In this document: positions 49,618 through 60,142 of the stretch, piece by piece
Numbering within the stretch: position 1 is the first letter of the stretch
Layout: the number at the start of each line of letters is the position of its first letter
Assembly (NCBI RefSeq): GCF_044704955.1
Contig: NC_091988.1
Coordinates: 191,890,001 to 191,954,000 of the forward strand
DNA: 64,000 nt
From: Pristiophorus japonicus
Taxonomy: Eukaryota
Reading direction: 5' to 3'
The notes under the pieces: generated by a model
The model's database searches: none
What the model was told of the DNA's origin: nothing
The model's input: only the letters and a program-made list of their open reading frames with translations
Program-made: the position numbers and the translations under genes

Positions 49618-50756
49618 GAAGGGGGGGGGGGCATCGTTTTTTTGGCGCAGACATTAGGCTCCACCCCAGAAGCTAGCTGCGTGGCGCCAATTTCAAAAAT
49701 TAGTATGGGTAAACTTTCGAGTTTTTTTTTGGAGTAGTTGGGCTCCCCAAAAGAACGGACGTAACTCTTGAAATCCGCCAAAAAACAGCATTGGGGAAAA
49801 CTGAGCCCCTTATTTTAGGAGATTAAATGGTAAAGGCAAAGTTCACGATAAATCAAATTGTAGAAGAAGCAGGTTGGATGGTCGGCACATTTTCTCAGCC
49901 ATTTCCTGCAATGCTAATTTCTTGGACAAAGTAAAGCAATTAAAAATGAGAGAAGGGTGAAGACAGCTGCAAAAAAATGCAGAGCTAAAATTTAGTCTCC
50001 AGGACCTAATTTTGGCCTCTTGGGCCATCAAATGAGATGGATTTCTTTCAGATAATCGTATTTTTGGGATACAGTACATGACTAATTTGAGAAATGAAAT
50101 TTGGTAAATGTAATCACATGCTTGGGAGGGACAGGTGACTTTGGACCTATAGTTTCCAAAGCTCACCATCACTTGGCCGTTTCCTCTCCTCATGTCAGGG
50201 TCTGGTTGTAGCCCAATTGACAGAGACTGATTGGCGTGATTAGTCAATAACTACGTTATCGTTGTATCATGCGACTACCAGGTGAACTAGATGGGCTGTG
50301 GTCTTTTTCTGTCTCGCATGTCCTATGTACCTATGCTGCACTGTTGCGCAAGCTGCTGCTTAAGCAGAAATGAGAGTTGGCAACTCAAACAGAAACCCTG
50401 CTTCAAACCATCAGCAGTGCATGCTGTTCAGACCTAAATATAGGTTTGTGCTGGTGAAGGGGTTAAGCAGAGTAACCTGCAAAAACACAGGAGTGCCATT
50501 TAGTCAGGACAAGAGAATAAAAGGTCACCTTGTATCATGAGAGCAAAAAGAAAATCGACTTCTACATTGAATTTATAAACACCTTTTCTCTTGTTCTCAA
50601 ATTGCTTTCAAATGCAAGCTTAAAGCTGAGTAACCCATGATAAAGGTCAATCAACTGGCCAGGACAAGATGGCCAAGGACATGGTGTATCCCTGGGGTGT
50701 CTCCAGCTCAAGTAACTCCAAAGAGGAACAGTGTGGAGGAATGGGAAGCTTCCCGA

Positions 50757-51060
50757 ATGGCTCGGTGGGTAAATGCATCACTTGGGGTGGTAGCAAGCCA
50801 CACAGATCATGAAGGTCCTAGGTTTAATCCTTGACCTGTGTTGAGTTAGCTGACTGTAGGTGGGGCAGTTGTGGAGCGCCATAATGTGGCTGGGGTTAGG
50901 CAGGAGAAAAAGGAGCGAGGGTTCTCATTCTAGATTGTTGTTTCATGACCTGTGTTGGAACACGTGCATTTTATGGATGTTGGGTGAAGTCAGTATCATG
51001 CTTGGTTGTGATGATGCACTCATTTGAATAGCCTACCAATACCCGCTATTGAGGCTTACA
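50757..51060 (+). mobile_element. Ancient tRNA-derived SINE (unnamed family)
   Basis: TGGCTCGGTGGGTAAA and GGTTTAATCC boxes; GAGTTAGCTGA body shared with 63318-63680 and, inverted, with 51078-51246. Confidence 0.6.
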
Positions 51061-51267
51061 CTGGAAGAAGAACAACTGAGTCTAGTCCTGTCTTCACCCA
51101 AAGTCCATACACTTCCAGAAAGGATCAGGAGTGGGACCTCTGGCTATGTTTCTTCTCCCTAACTCAGGGACGCTGAAATAACTGTACCACTGAGATGAGT
51201 TAATTCAGCACTGTGATTGTGGCTCGAACTTGGGACCTTCCTAGTCGACGTGCTCATCTTTCAACCT

Positions 51268-51648
51268 GGCTCAATTAGTCGTACTCTTGCCTCTGAGACA
51301 AAAGGTTGTAAGGTCTCAAGCGGAAATTCTAATGAAGAACTGAGGGACTGTTGCATTATCAGAAGTGCTGATCTTTCAACGAAAGGCCCTTCAGGTGATT
51401 CAGGTGCTTGTTAAAGATCCCTGAAACTATTCAAAGAAGAGCAGGAGTTTGCCCTACCTCAACCAATGCCGCCATAAAACAAATGGAGCTGTCATTCATC
51501 ATATTGCTGTGAGTGGGACCTTGCTGTGTGCAAAATGGTTGTCAAGCTAGCCATAGCAATAGTCACTTCAAAGTGACTCATTATGGGTGAAGTGCTTTGA
51601 GAGATTTCCGAGAGTCCCAATAAGATGTAATTTAAATGCAAGTCCTTT
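51268..51648 (+). mobile_element. Degraded Deu-type SINE
   Basis: TACTCTTGCCTCTGAG, AAAGATCCC...GAAGAGCAGG and AAATGCAAGTCC tail. Confidence 0.7.
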
Positions 51649-52026
51649 TTTATGTTTTGGTATGGCTTAGCTATTCATAGCTGGATAGGTTCTGAGCTAT
51701 CAGGAGAGCTTTGTATTTCCCTTTTATAAATATTTAATATTAAAATAAAACAATCACTGAACACACCGCTGCTCATTCCTTTGTGTATAAAGACAATTTA
51801 CGAAATGACAATATATGCTTAAGTGAGATAGCCAGCACGGCGAGAAGTGTGATGAGAATACAAAAGTGTTTTCTCCTGGGGTTGTGTAGCCCCAGATCAC
51901 TTGATCCAAAATTATGACCCCCATTAACATGAATGAAGCTGCTCCAGCAAGCAGGCAGCTCCTCCCCATCAGTGTAGTCATCAGAGCAGCTCTGGGCAGC
52001 AATTTATTTTTACAGTAACATTCTAT

Positions 52027-53430
52027 GGGTTGGAAATTCAGTCACGCCTCTGTTGCGGTGTTAATCCGGGCGGAGCGGTAAATTTTGCGGCGGCAAATGG
52101 TTTGCGTCTCCCGCCGCAAATTCTTCAGCTGGGCCCTGAGTTTGGAGCGGTGTGCTAAGGGAGGTGATGCACACCTGTGTTAGGGCGTTAGCCCGGCTGA
52201 GCAAGTGAAAATCCCGAGCTAAACAGCCGGCCTCGGAGCGCCCTAAGGGGGGCCTCGGGGGCAGGGGGGGGGGAAAGATCTGAAAAAAAACACCAAAAAC
52301 ATTCCCAATACATAACTCATGTCACCACAACATAAAATGCAAAAGAAAATCAATCTCACTTACCCCAGGTTGACATTACTTACCTCACTGGGGCCGCTAT
52401 AGCTTGGAACGCCAGCTTCCAAAGGCGTTCCCATCAGGTACGGGTCGGGCGCGATCCAAATATCGAGCCGGTGTTGCAACCAGGGGCGTTGCACACCGGC
52501 TCGCCACTGATGGTCTCTCGCAGGTCGGGGCCACCATGCAGTCCATGGCCGCCACTCCTGTTATGGCCTCGACCTGCCGCTGAGCCGGTCCGGGAAGGCG
52601 GTGGCTGTGAGGAGGGTGACTGGATTGGAAGTCACCAAAATCCAGGTCGGTGACTGGAGCGTGGGCAGGTACAGCAGGAGCGGCGAGTCGGGGTGCCGGA
52701 GCGGCGAGAGATTGTAGAGCGATGAGATCGGGGCCCAGGCGAGACGTGAGTTCAAGGCCCAGAAGAGGCGAGGGCCCAGGGGCAGCACGGGCCAGCCCAC
52801 ACTGCGACATGTGTGCGCACTAGATCCGTGCAGCAGAGCTGGTCTCCAGTTGTCTTGGTTAATCCTTGCCACTGGACCAAGACCTAGCTCTGTCAAGCCC
52901 GTGTGGTGGCTGGTGTGCAACGGTCACCACACGTTAAAAAAATCCACGCACAGGCATCTTCCACCCTTCAACGTGTAGTTCGGGACCTGGAATATCAGGT
53001 CCTTCATTGAAACACCTGTGAACTCATCCTTTTTTGGCGTGGAAGCAAGTTATCCTCGTTTCGAGGGATTGCCTAAGAGAGGGAGACCTCTGGGTGGTAA
53101 TGCTCCATGCCCTCTCGAATCTGGCAGCGAAAGTCCCAGTGGGACGCTGGAAGCTGGCTACCCATCCGGAAGTGCATACCATCGCCATTGCCATCTCTCC
53201 GGGGCGCTAACAGGGGCGGCAGATGGCCGAAAACCCAGCCCATTGTCTTTTTCTATTTTAGGACAGAAAGCATGTCCCAGAGGCACTCCTTTTCCTTTAA
53301 ATCATACGGGGTGACTATCCGTGGAGATTCTCCCACCCGGCCGCCGCAAATCTCGGGAAAAATTGAATAAATGAATGTTTACATTGTTTCTCCAAGGTTT
53401 CCACAGCTCTTCCATCAAAGTCGCAGCGGT
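52027..53430. mobile_element. GC-rich Harbinger-like non-autonomous element (right end unclear) with a nested RTE-tailed element
   Basis: Starts GGGTTGGAAATTC; GCTAAGGGA...GGGCG block resembles 47430-47470. Confidence 0.55.
52515..53086 (+). mobile_element. Non-autonomous RTE-tailed retroelement (second copy)
   Basis: Shares the CGCAGGTCGGGGC start and the ~320-bp 3' body with 10534-10939; ends GTGGAAGCAAGTTATCCTCG...GCCTAAGAGA. Confidence 0.75.
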
Positions 53431-53444
53431 GGGAATGCCCCATG

Positions 53445-54730
53445 TTGTGTTACAGCATGGAAGGAGGCCGTTCGACCCATCATTGCAGTGCTGGCTCTCT
53501 GCAAGAGCTCTCCACTTAGTCCCATTCTCCTGTCCTTTCCCCATTCCTTACTGCATTTTTTCAAAAGCTGCTTCCGGCATTGTTTCAGTTAGGATATTCT
53601 ATCCCCTAACAACCTTCTATATAAAAACACATTCTTCAAACCTCTCCTTCTGATCTTTTGATGCTAATCTTACATTTTATACCTTTTAGTTGCAGAGTCA
53701 ATAACCAGTGGAAATATTTTTTCCTCCAATCATCTTATCTAAACCCCCTTATCAAATCTCACATTAATCTTCTTTGTTCTAATGAAAAGAGCTCCAGTTT
53801 TTTACATCTCTCCTCATAACCAAAGCCTCTCATCACTGTGAGATCCAAGAGAATCTCGTCTTTACCCTCTCCAGGACCCTGACATGCTTCCTAAAGAAAG
53901 ATACCAATAAGTGAACACAATATTCTAACTGCAATGAATTGTAAATGTTTAACTTTAGCTCTTTGCTTTTGTACATTGTACTCCTATTTCTAAAACTTGC
54001 GATCGCATATACTTTTATTTTTACAGCTTTATTAACTTGTCATTCTAATTTTAAAGATTTGAACCCCTATATGCCTCAGCACCCCTGCTCCTTTTAATGT
54101 TTTACCATTATTCTTCCTCCCAAGATGTATCTTTTGTCACGTATATATATATATACACACGTGTAATATATATATATATACACGTGTAATTTTCATCTGA
54201 CATCAATCTGCCCGCTCCAGCGTCTAAGTCCTCCTGAAGTCACTTACAGTCCATTTCACAGTAAACCACACTTCTTATGTTTTCCTGTTGTCTGCAAATC
54301 ATTTATATTTTAGATCCCTGCTGTCTGACAAAAAAATCCATGAACAACAACTCCCTATTTTCTCTCCTTTTAACCAATTTCCTATCCACGCTGCTAAATT
54401 CCCGTTAACATCCGTGTGCCTTAATTTTATCAACAAGACTCCTATGTGGCACCTTATCAAAACATCCGCCGCATTTCCTTTATCAATACACTCGTCTACT
54501 TCCTCAAACAACAGGTTTGTCAGATGTAACTTGGCTTTTGAAAACTGTCCTTAGTTAACCCACACGTTTCTAGGGGAGTTTTAATTTTATCCCATATTAT
54601 AACTAGAAGAAGCTTACCCACTCTCGATGTTAGGCCGACTGGTCTACAGTTACCTGGGTTACCCCCTTCTCCTTTGTCAAACAGAGGTGTTACACTGGCA
54701 GTCCTTTTGCACAGCTTCCAGATCCAAGGA
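53445..54730 (-). mobile_element. Old CR1 fragment
   Basis: FEEVDECIDKGN, WIGNWL and YRPVGLTS-like remnants; 3'UTR near 53450. Confidence 0.7.
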
Positions 54731-54829
54731 CTCGAGAGTCTTTGCTGAACGGTTAAGTTAGAATATCATCAAACGCAGGTGTAGACTGTAGATGGTACAG
54801 TAGGTGGCCGCACTGCACTTTTCCTTCGG

Positions 54830-55270
54830 GGTCAGCCGTGCCTCAGTGGGTTGCACTCTCCCATCTGCATCAGAAGGTTGTGGGTTCAAGTCCCACTCCA
54901 GAGACTTGAGCATAAAAATCTAGGCTGACACTCCAGTACCGTGCTGGGGGAATGCTGCAGTGTCGGAGATGTCATCTTTCAGATGATAAAACTGAGGCCT
55001 CGTCTACTCATAAAAGATCCCATGGCACTATTTTGAAGAAAAGTAGGGGTGTCCTGGCCAATATTTATCCCTCAATCAACCTCACTAAAACAGATTATCT
55101 GCTCATTATCACATTGTTGTTTGTGGGAGCTTGCTGTTCGCAAATTGGCAGCCGCGTTTCCTACATTTCAACAGTGACTACACTTCAAAAGTACTTCATC
55201 GGCTGTAAAGTGCTTTGGGATGTCCTGTGGTTGTAAAAGGTGCTATATAAATGCAAGACTTTCTTTCTTT
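54830..55270 (+). mobile_element. SacSINE1/Deu-type SINE
   Basis: GTCAGCCGTGCCTCAGTGGG...GGGTTCAAGTCC head; TCTTTCTTT tail. Confidence 0.9.
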
Positions 55271-55676
55271 ACCTGTGATCAATTCGAGCCCAGAATGATG
55301 GAATACAAAGGCCCTGTCTCTGTTGGGTATAATGGTCATACGTGAAATAGAGTTTGAGCAATCTAGACCCAGCTCATGGTTCTTGTAGCCCACAACACAC
55401 TCTGCATGTAATTCAGCACAAACTGGCATTGGCACTCTGAGGCTTCAGAGAGGGAGTGGGAAATAGATAAACTCACACTGATTCAGTAGGGCTGAACTTC
55501 TGAGGTTGGGGGCTTCAGTGGCAGAAAAGAGCGAGCTTCAAAATGTAGCTGGCTCTGTTATGCCTGAGTGCTTGAAACTGGCATTGAGAAAGAACAAAGC
55601 GCTTGGATTTATAAATAACCTGAGCATATCCTCAGATCAACACAAAGTACTTCACAACCAGTGCATTTGTTTGTGG

Positions 55677-55848
55677 AAGGTAATTTTGATTTTGGGGGAC
55701 AGTGTAGAATGGGCGATATCAGATCAGATGCCCATTATACAGATTACATTGAGGTCACTGGACATGAAAATGGGGAAAGATATATAATGGGCGACTGATC
55801 CAATATTGAGCATTTAACACTATCGGCCAAAGTCAAAATTACACCCCC
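55677..55848. mobile_element. Foldback MITE inserted in an old Deu-type SINE
   Basis: 60-bp arms 55680-55739 and 55783-55842 match at 47/60 positions as inverted repeats. Confidence 0.8.
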
Positions 55849-56416
55849 ACTGTGCTTCAAGATCCCCTAAACAGTAAATGAGATGAATGAGCAGTGAATC
55901 TGCCTTTGGTGATGTTTGTTGAGAGAAGAATGTTGGCCAAGGTTAACTCACTACTCTTCATCACATAAAGCCATGAGATCACCTGAGCCACTGGAAAAGA
56001 TGGACAGCGCCTTGATTTACCTTATCCAAAAGATGGCACTTCAAACAATACTGTGCATCCGTCTTGAAGCCACATCCTTCTACCTGAGAGGCAAGATTGT
56101 TACCACCTCAGCCTGAGACCTTGAAATAGGAACTCGTCTCCTTCTCCAGCACTGAACATCCTCGCATTGATGAGTACAAACGTTTTGCAGCCCCCACCTC
56201 TCCAAAAACAAAGTTATAGAATCAAAACTTCCTAATATTAGTGCACTGATGGTAAGTACAAGATACGCACAGGCACAGAATATCTGCTCCATCACCACTG
56301 TTTGCAAAACCTTGACCTATAAGAATCTGAATTTTAGTGTGAGATGAAATGCTAATCATAAGTTATGATAAAAAGAGCAATTTAGCCAGAAGATCTACAC
56401 TTGAAATAAAAAAAAT

Positions 56417-57010
56417 AACATAACATAAGAATTAGGAGCAGGAGTAGGCCATTTGGCTCCTTGAGCCTGCTCTGCCATTCAATGCCATCTTCTACCTCAC
56501 TTTCCTGCACTATCCCCATATCCCTTGATTCCCTTAATATCCCAAAATCTATCTAAATGTTGATCCATCCTTTGTCTTTTGAGATGCAGATGGATCTGGT
56601 GTGTGTTTGCTGCTTTTATTTCCGAGCTCTAGCAACTACTGGTTTTTAAAATTTTGGTGAGGATCCACCCATAAGAAGATAGGAAGAGGAGTAGGCCATT
56701 GCTCTTGAACCTGTTCCACTATTTAATTCGATCATGGCTGATCTGTATCTTAATTCCATTCCTACCTTGGTGACATATCTATTAATACCCTTGCGAGACA
56801 AAAATCTATCAATCTCAATTTTGAAATTTGTGGGGGAAGACCCTTCTAGATTTTCACAACCCTTTGTGTGAAGAAGTGCTACCTGTCACCACCCCTGAAC
56901 TGCTTAGCTCTAATTTTAATGTTATGCATCTTTGTTCTGGACTCCGCTATACCCCCACTCCCACCAGAGGAAATAGTTCCTCTCTAGCTACCCCATCAAA
57001 TCCTTCAAAC
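56417..57010 (-). mobile_element. Two CR1 3'UTR fragments (56417-56555, 56669-57010)
   Basis: CATAAGAA...GGAGTAGGCCATT tails. Confidence 0.8.
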
Positions 57011-57033
57011 ATAGGTTGGAAATGACAGTTGCT

Positions 57034-57492
57034 GAAAGAAAGACTTGCATTTATATAGCGCCTTTCATGACCACCGCACGTCTCAAAGCGCTTTACAGCC
57101 AATGAAGTATATTTGGAGTCACTGTTGTCATGTGGCAAACGCGGCAGCCAATATGCACACAGCAAGCTCCCACAAACAGCAATGTGATAATGACCAGATA
57201 ATCTGTTTTAGTGATGTTGATTAAGAGATAAATATTGGCCAGGACACTGGGGATAATTCCCCTGCTCTTCTTCAAAATAGTGCCATGGGATCTTTTGCAT
57301 CCACCTGAGAGGGTAGACGGGGCCTCGGTTTAATGTCTCACCTGAAAGACATGACCTCCGACAGTGCAGCACTCTCTCAGCCCTGCACTGGTGTATCAGT
57401 CTAGATTTCTATGCTCAAGTACCTGGAGTGGGACTTGAACCCACAACCTTCTGACTCAGGGCGAATGTGTTACCCACTGAGCCACTGGCTGA
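57034..57492 (-). mobile_element. SacSINE1/Deu-type SINE, full length
   Basis: A/B boxes, Deu core and L2-like tail. Confidence 0.92.
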
Positions 57493-57755
57493 TACTAAAA
57501 GTGGGCGAATGCTTAATGTGTTTTGTGTTACATTCCACTATGTTAACAAAGACAAGAACACATTGAAAAATCTCTCTGTACCTTTTAGATTTGTTCTAGG
57601 GGATAAAAAATGCACAGCTTTGTTCTTTCATGATGATGAGACTGTCAGTGTGTGCAGTCCGATCACTAGTTTGGGGTTGCAGTGAGGAAGTTAAGCGGGA
57701 TATGTACCTGTAATGTATAAACCTGTGAGTATGCTGACAGGTTTGTAGAGCTGTT

Positions 57756-58368
57756 AAATTTCTGCAGTATGGAAGAGTCCGTGTTCCACATTTTTATTGA
57801 AAGTGCGAGATTGTAGCCCCTCTTCCAATATCCGAAGGGGTTTCACTTCAGTCCCACGCTCTTGATCTTTGGGCACCCTGTGCGGAGGGGAGCGGGCAGG
57901 TCGGAAGGCCTCCTCATAGGACTGCTCCTGGGCCTGGCCAAGAGGTCATCAGCTGGTCCAGGCAGCGGGCGGTCAAGGGGGTTGTTCAGCCCGACTGCCT
58001 GCCTCTCTTCCGCGGTTACATCCGAGCCAGGGTATCCCTGGAGATGGAGCACGCGGTGTCCACCGGTACGCTCGTGGCCGTCCGCGAGAGGTGGGCACCG
58101 GAGGGACTGGAGTGCATCATCACCCCCGGCAACCAAATTTTAATTTGATTTTATATGTTTAAAGTTTAATTTTTTTAATGTGTCGGTTTTAGTGTCCCCC
58201 CCGCCCCGACCATTTTAACCAGGGGGCACTTGTATAATTTGTGTTTTGGCGCCCTCAGAAAAAGAAAACAAAAAAACAAAATAAAACAAGGGGGCACCTG
58301 AAAAGGTTTTGGAGTGTGATCCCCCCTTTAATCAGGGGGCACTTGTTTAACGTGCACAACTAAAATAG
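57756..58368 (+). mobile_element. Tx1-clade LINE 3' fragment, copy 1
   Basis: EESVFHIFIE, LIFGHPVRRGAGRSEGLLIGLLLGLAK; 220-nt 3'UTR ending AAAATAG; flanked by TTGTAGAGCTGTT. Confidence 0.85.
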
Positions 58369-58382
58369 TTGTAGAGCTGTTG

Positions 58383-60077
58383 AAGCCTGGCCAGAGAACT
58401 GGCAGGAGCTGGAGGCCGAAGTCGCCGCTCGCCTAGGGCGCTGGACAGGACTGCTCCGAGTGCTGTCCTACAGAGGTCGAGCGACAGTCATAAACCAGCT
58501 GGTGGCCGCTATGCTGTGGTACCGGTTGGTCACTTTGACCCCGCCCCCTGTGTTTGTCGCCAAGATACAGAAGAAGCTGGTGGACTTCTTCTGGAACAAC
58601 AGGAAGCACTGGGTCTCTGCTGCGGTTTTGAGTCTCCCGCTTAGGGAGGGCGGTCAGGTGTTGGTGTGCGGCAGCACCCAGCATGCATCTTTCCGTCTGC
58701 AGACCCTGCAGAGATACCTCTACGTCGAGCCCCCTCCTAGGTGGCGTGCGCTGGCGATGTATTTCTTCCGCCAGCAGTACAGCCTCAATTATGACACACA
58801 GCTCCTGTTTGTGAGCCTGGGGGGGGCGTCAGGACCACCATGCAGGGGCTGTCTGTCTTTTACCAGAAACTCATCAGGGTCTGGAACAGAGTCACCACCA
58901 AGCGCAGCTCTCTCCCGTCTGAAGTGGCGGCTGTCCTGCAGGAGCCGCTGCTCAGGAATCCGTAACTCCATGCCGCGGTTTTAGGTGGCAGGCGGACGAG
59001 AGGGTTGTGGCTGGCGAGGTGACCAGGGTCAGGGATCTGCTCGATGGCGGAGGAGCGGGTTGGACGGCGGCAGACGAGCTGGTACGGCGCCTATCCTGGG
59101 CCGACGTCCGGCGCGCAGCCGATGCCATCGAGTCGCTAAAAACAGCTCTGGGCCCTGACTCCATTAGGTGTGTTGAGGAGGCTCAAGCACGTGGGGAGAT
59201 CCCGTCCGAACTGACCCCCGTCCGGATGGAATTCCTCAGTGGCACCAAGCCCTGAAACCTCCCTCGGGAGTCGGCGCCTCACAACTTGAGCCTCCTCGGG
59301 GAAATCTCCTCCGTGCCTTTCAGTTCTGCGCGGAGGGGATTCGTGTAAGGGCTGCTCCTGCACACTCTCCACCTTGCTATCCTCGTCTGCCGCCTGGACA
59401 CACCATGGCACACCATCTTGCCGTCCGGAGGAGGCGGGGGTCCCCAATGGAGTGTACTGTACACGGGAGTCCTCCCTCTATCTATTGGGGACTTGGCCTG
59501 GAGGGTGTTGCACGGAGCAGTCCTGTGCAATAAGTTTTTAAGTCGGTTCACGGGCTCCCAGGCCGCCTGCAATTTCTGCGGTCTGGAAGAGTCCGTGTTC
59601 CACGTTTTTATTGAGTGTGCGAGGTTGCAGCCCCTCTTGCAATATTTGATGGGGCTGCTCCTCAAATTCTGGTTGCACTTCAGTCCCATGCTCCTGATCT
59701 TTGGGCACCCTGTGCGGAGGGGAGCGGGCAGGTCGGAAGGCCTCATCGTAGGACTGCTCCTGGCATGGCCAAGGTGGCCATCAGCAGGTCCAGGCAGTGG
59801 GCGGTCGAGGGGGTCGTTCAGCCCGACTGCCTGCCTCTCTTCAGCGGTTACATCCGAGCCAGGGTGTCCCTGGAGATGGAGCACATGGTGTACACCGGTA
59901 TGCTAGTGGCCTTCTGTGAGTGGTGGGCGCCGGAGGGACTGGAGTGCATCATCACCCCCGGCAACCAAATTTTAATTTGATTTATGTTTCGGGCTAAAAG
60001 CTATATTGGTTTATTTGTCAGTTTTAGTGTCCCCTGTTAATAAGTGGGCCCTCAATTGATGGTCTCAATTAAAATGG
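58383..60077 (+). mobile_element. Tx1-clade LINE 3' fragment, copy 2 (disrupted ORF2 C-terminus)
   Basis: LSYRGRATVINQLVAAMLWY, LPLREGG, DLAWRVLHGA and CNFCGLEESVFHVFIEC (CCHC zf-RVT) of the L1/Tx1 clade; ends AAAATGG. Confidence 0.9.
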
Positions 60078-60091
60078 TTGTAGACCTGTTG

Positions 60092-60142
60092 ATTGTGCCC
60101 TTAAAAAAGGGGCACTTGATTTAAAAGTTTTACACAAAATAG
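60092..60142 (+). mobile_element. Tx1 extreme 3' end, copy 3 (51 nt)
   Basis: GTGCCC...GGGCACTTG hairpin and AAAATAG terminus as in copy 1; flanked by target duplicates. Confidence 0.7.

Larger units (their letters stand above)
47312..49809 (-). mobile_element. Harbinger/PIF-derived element encoding only the Myb/SANT-like accessory protein
   Basis: CpG-rich ends AGGCTAGAAATTC and GAAAACTGAGCCCC; contains a spliced Myb/SANT-like gene; no DDE transposase inside. Confidence 0.75.

Noticed and set aside
56150-56251. Plus-strand exon-like segment ending in G|GTAAGT
   Set aside because: Stops in all frames from the stronger acceptor; no homology evident.
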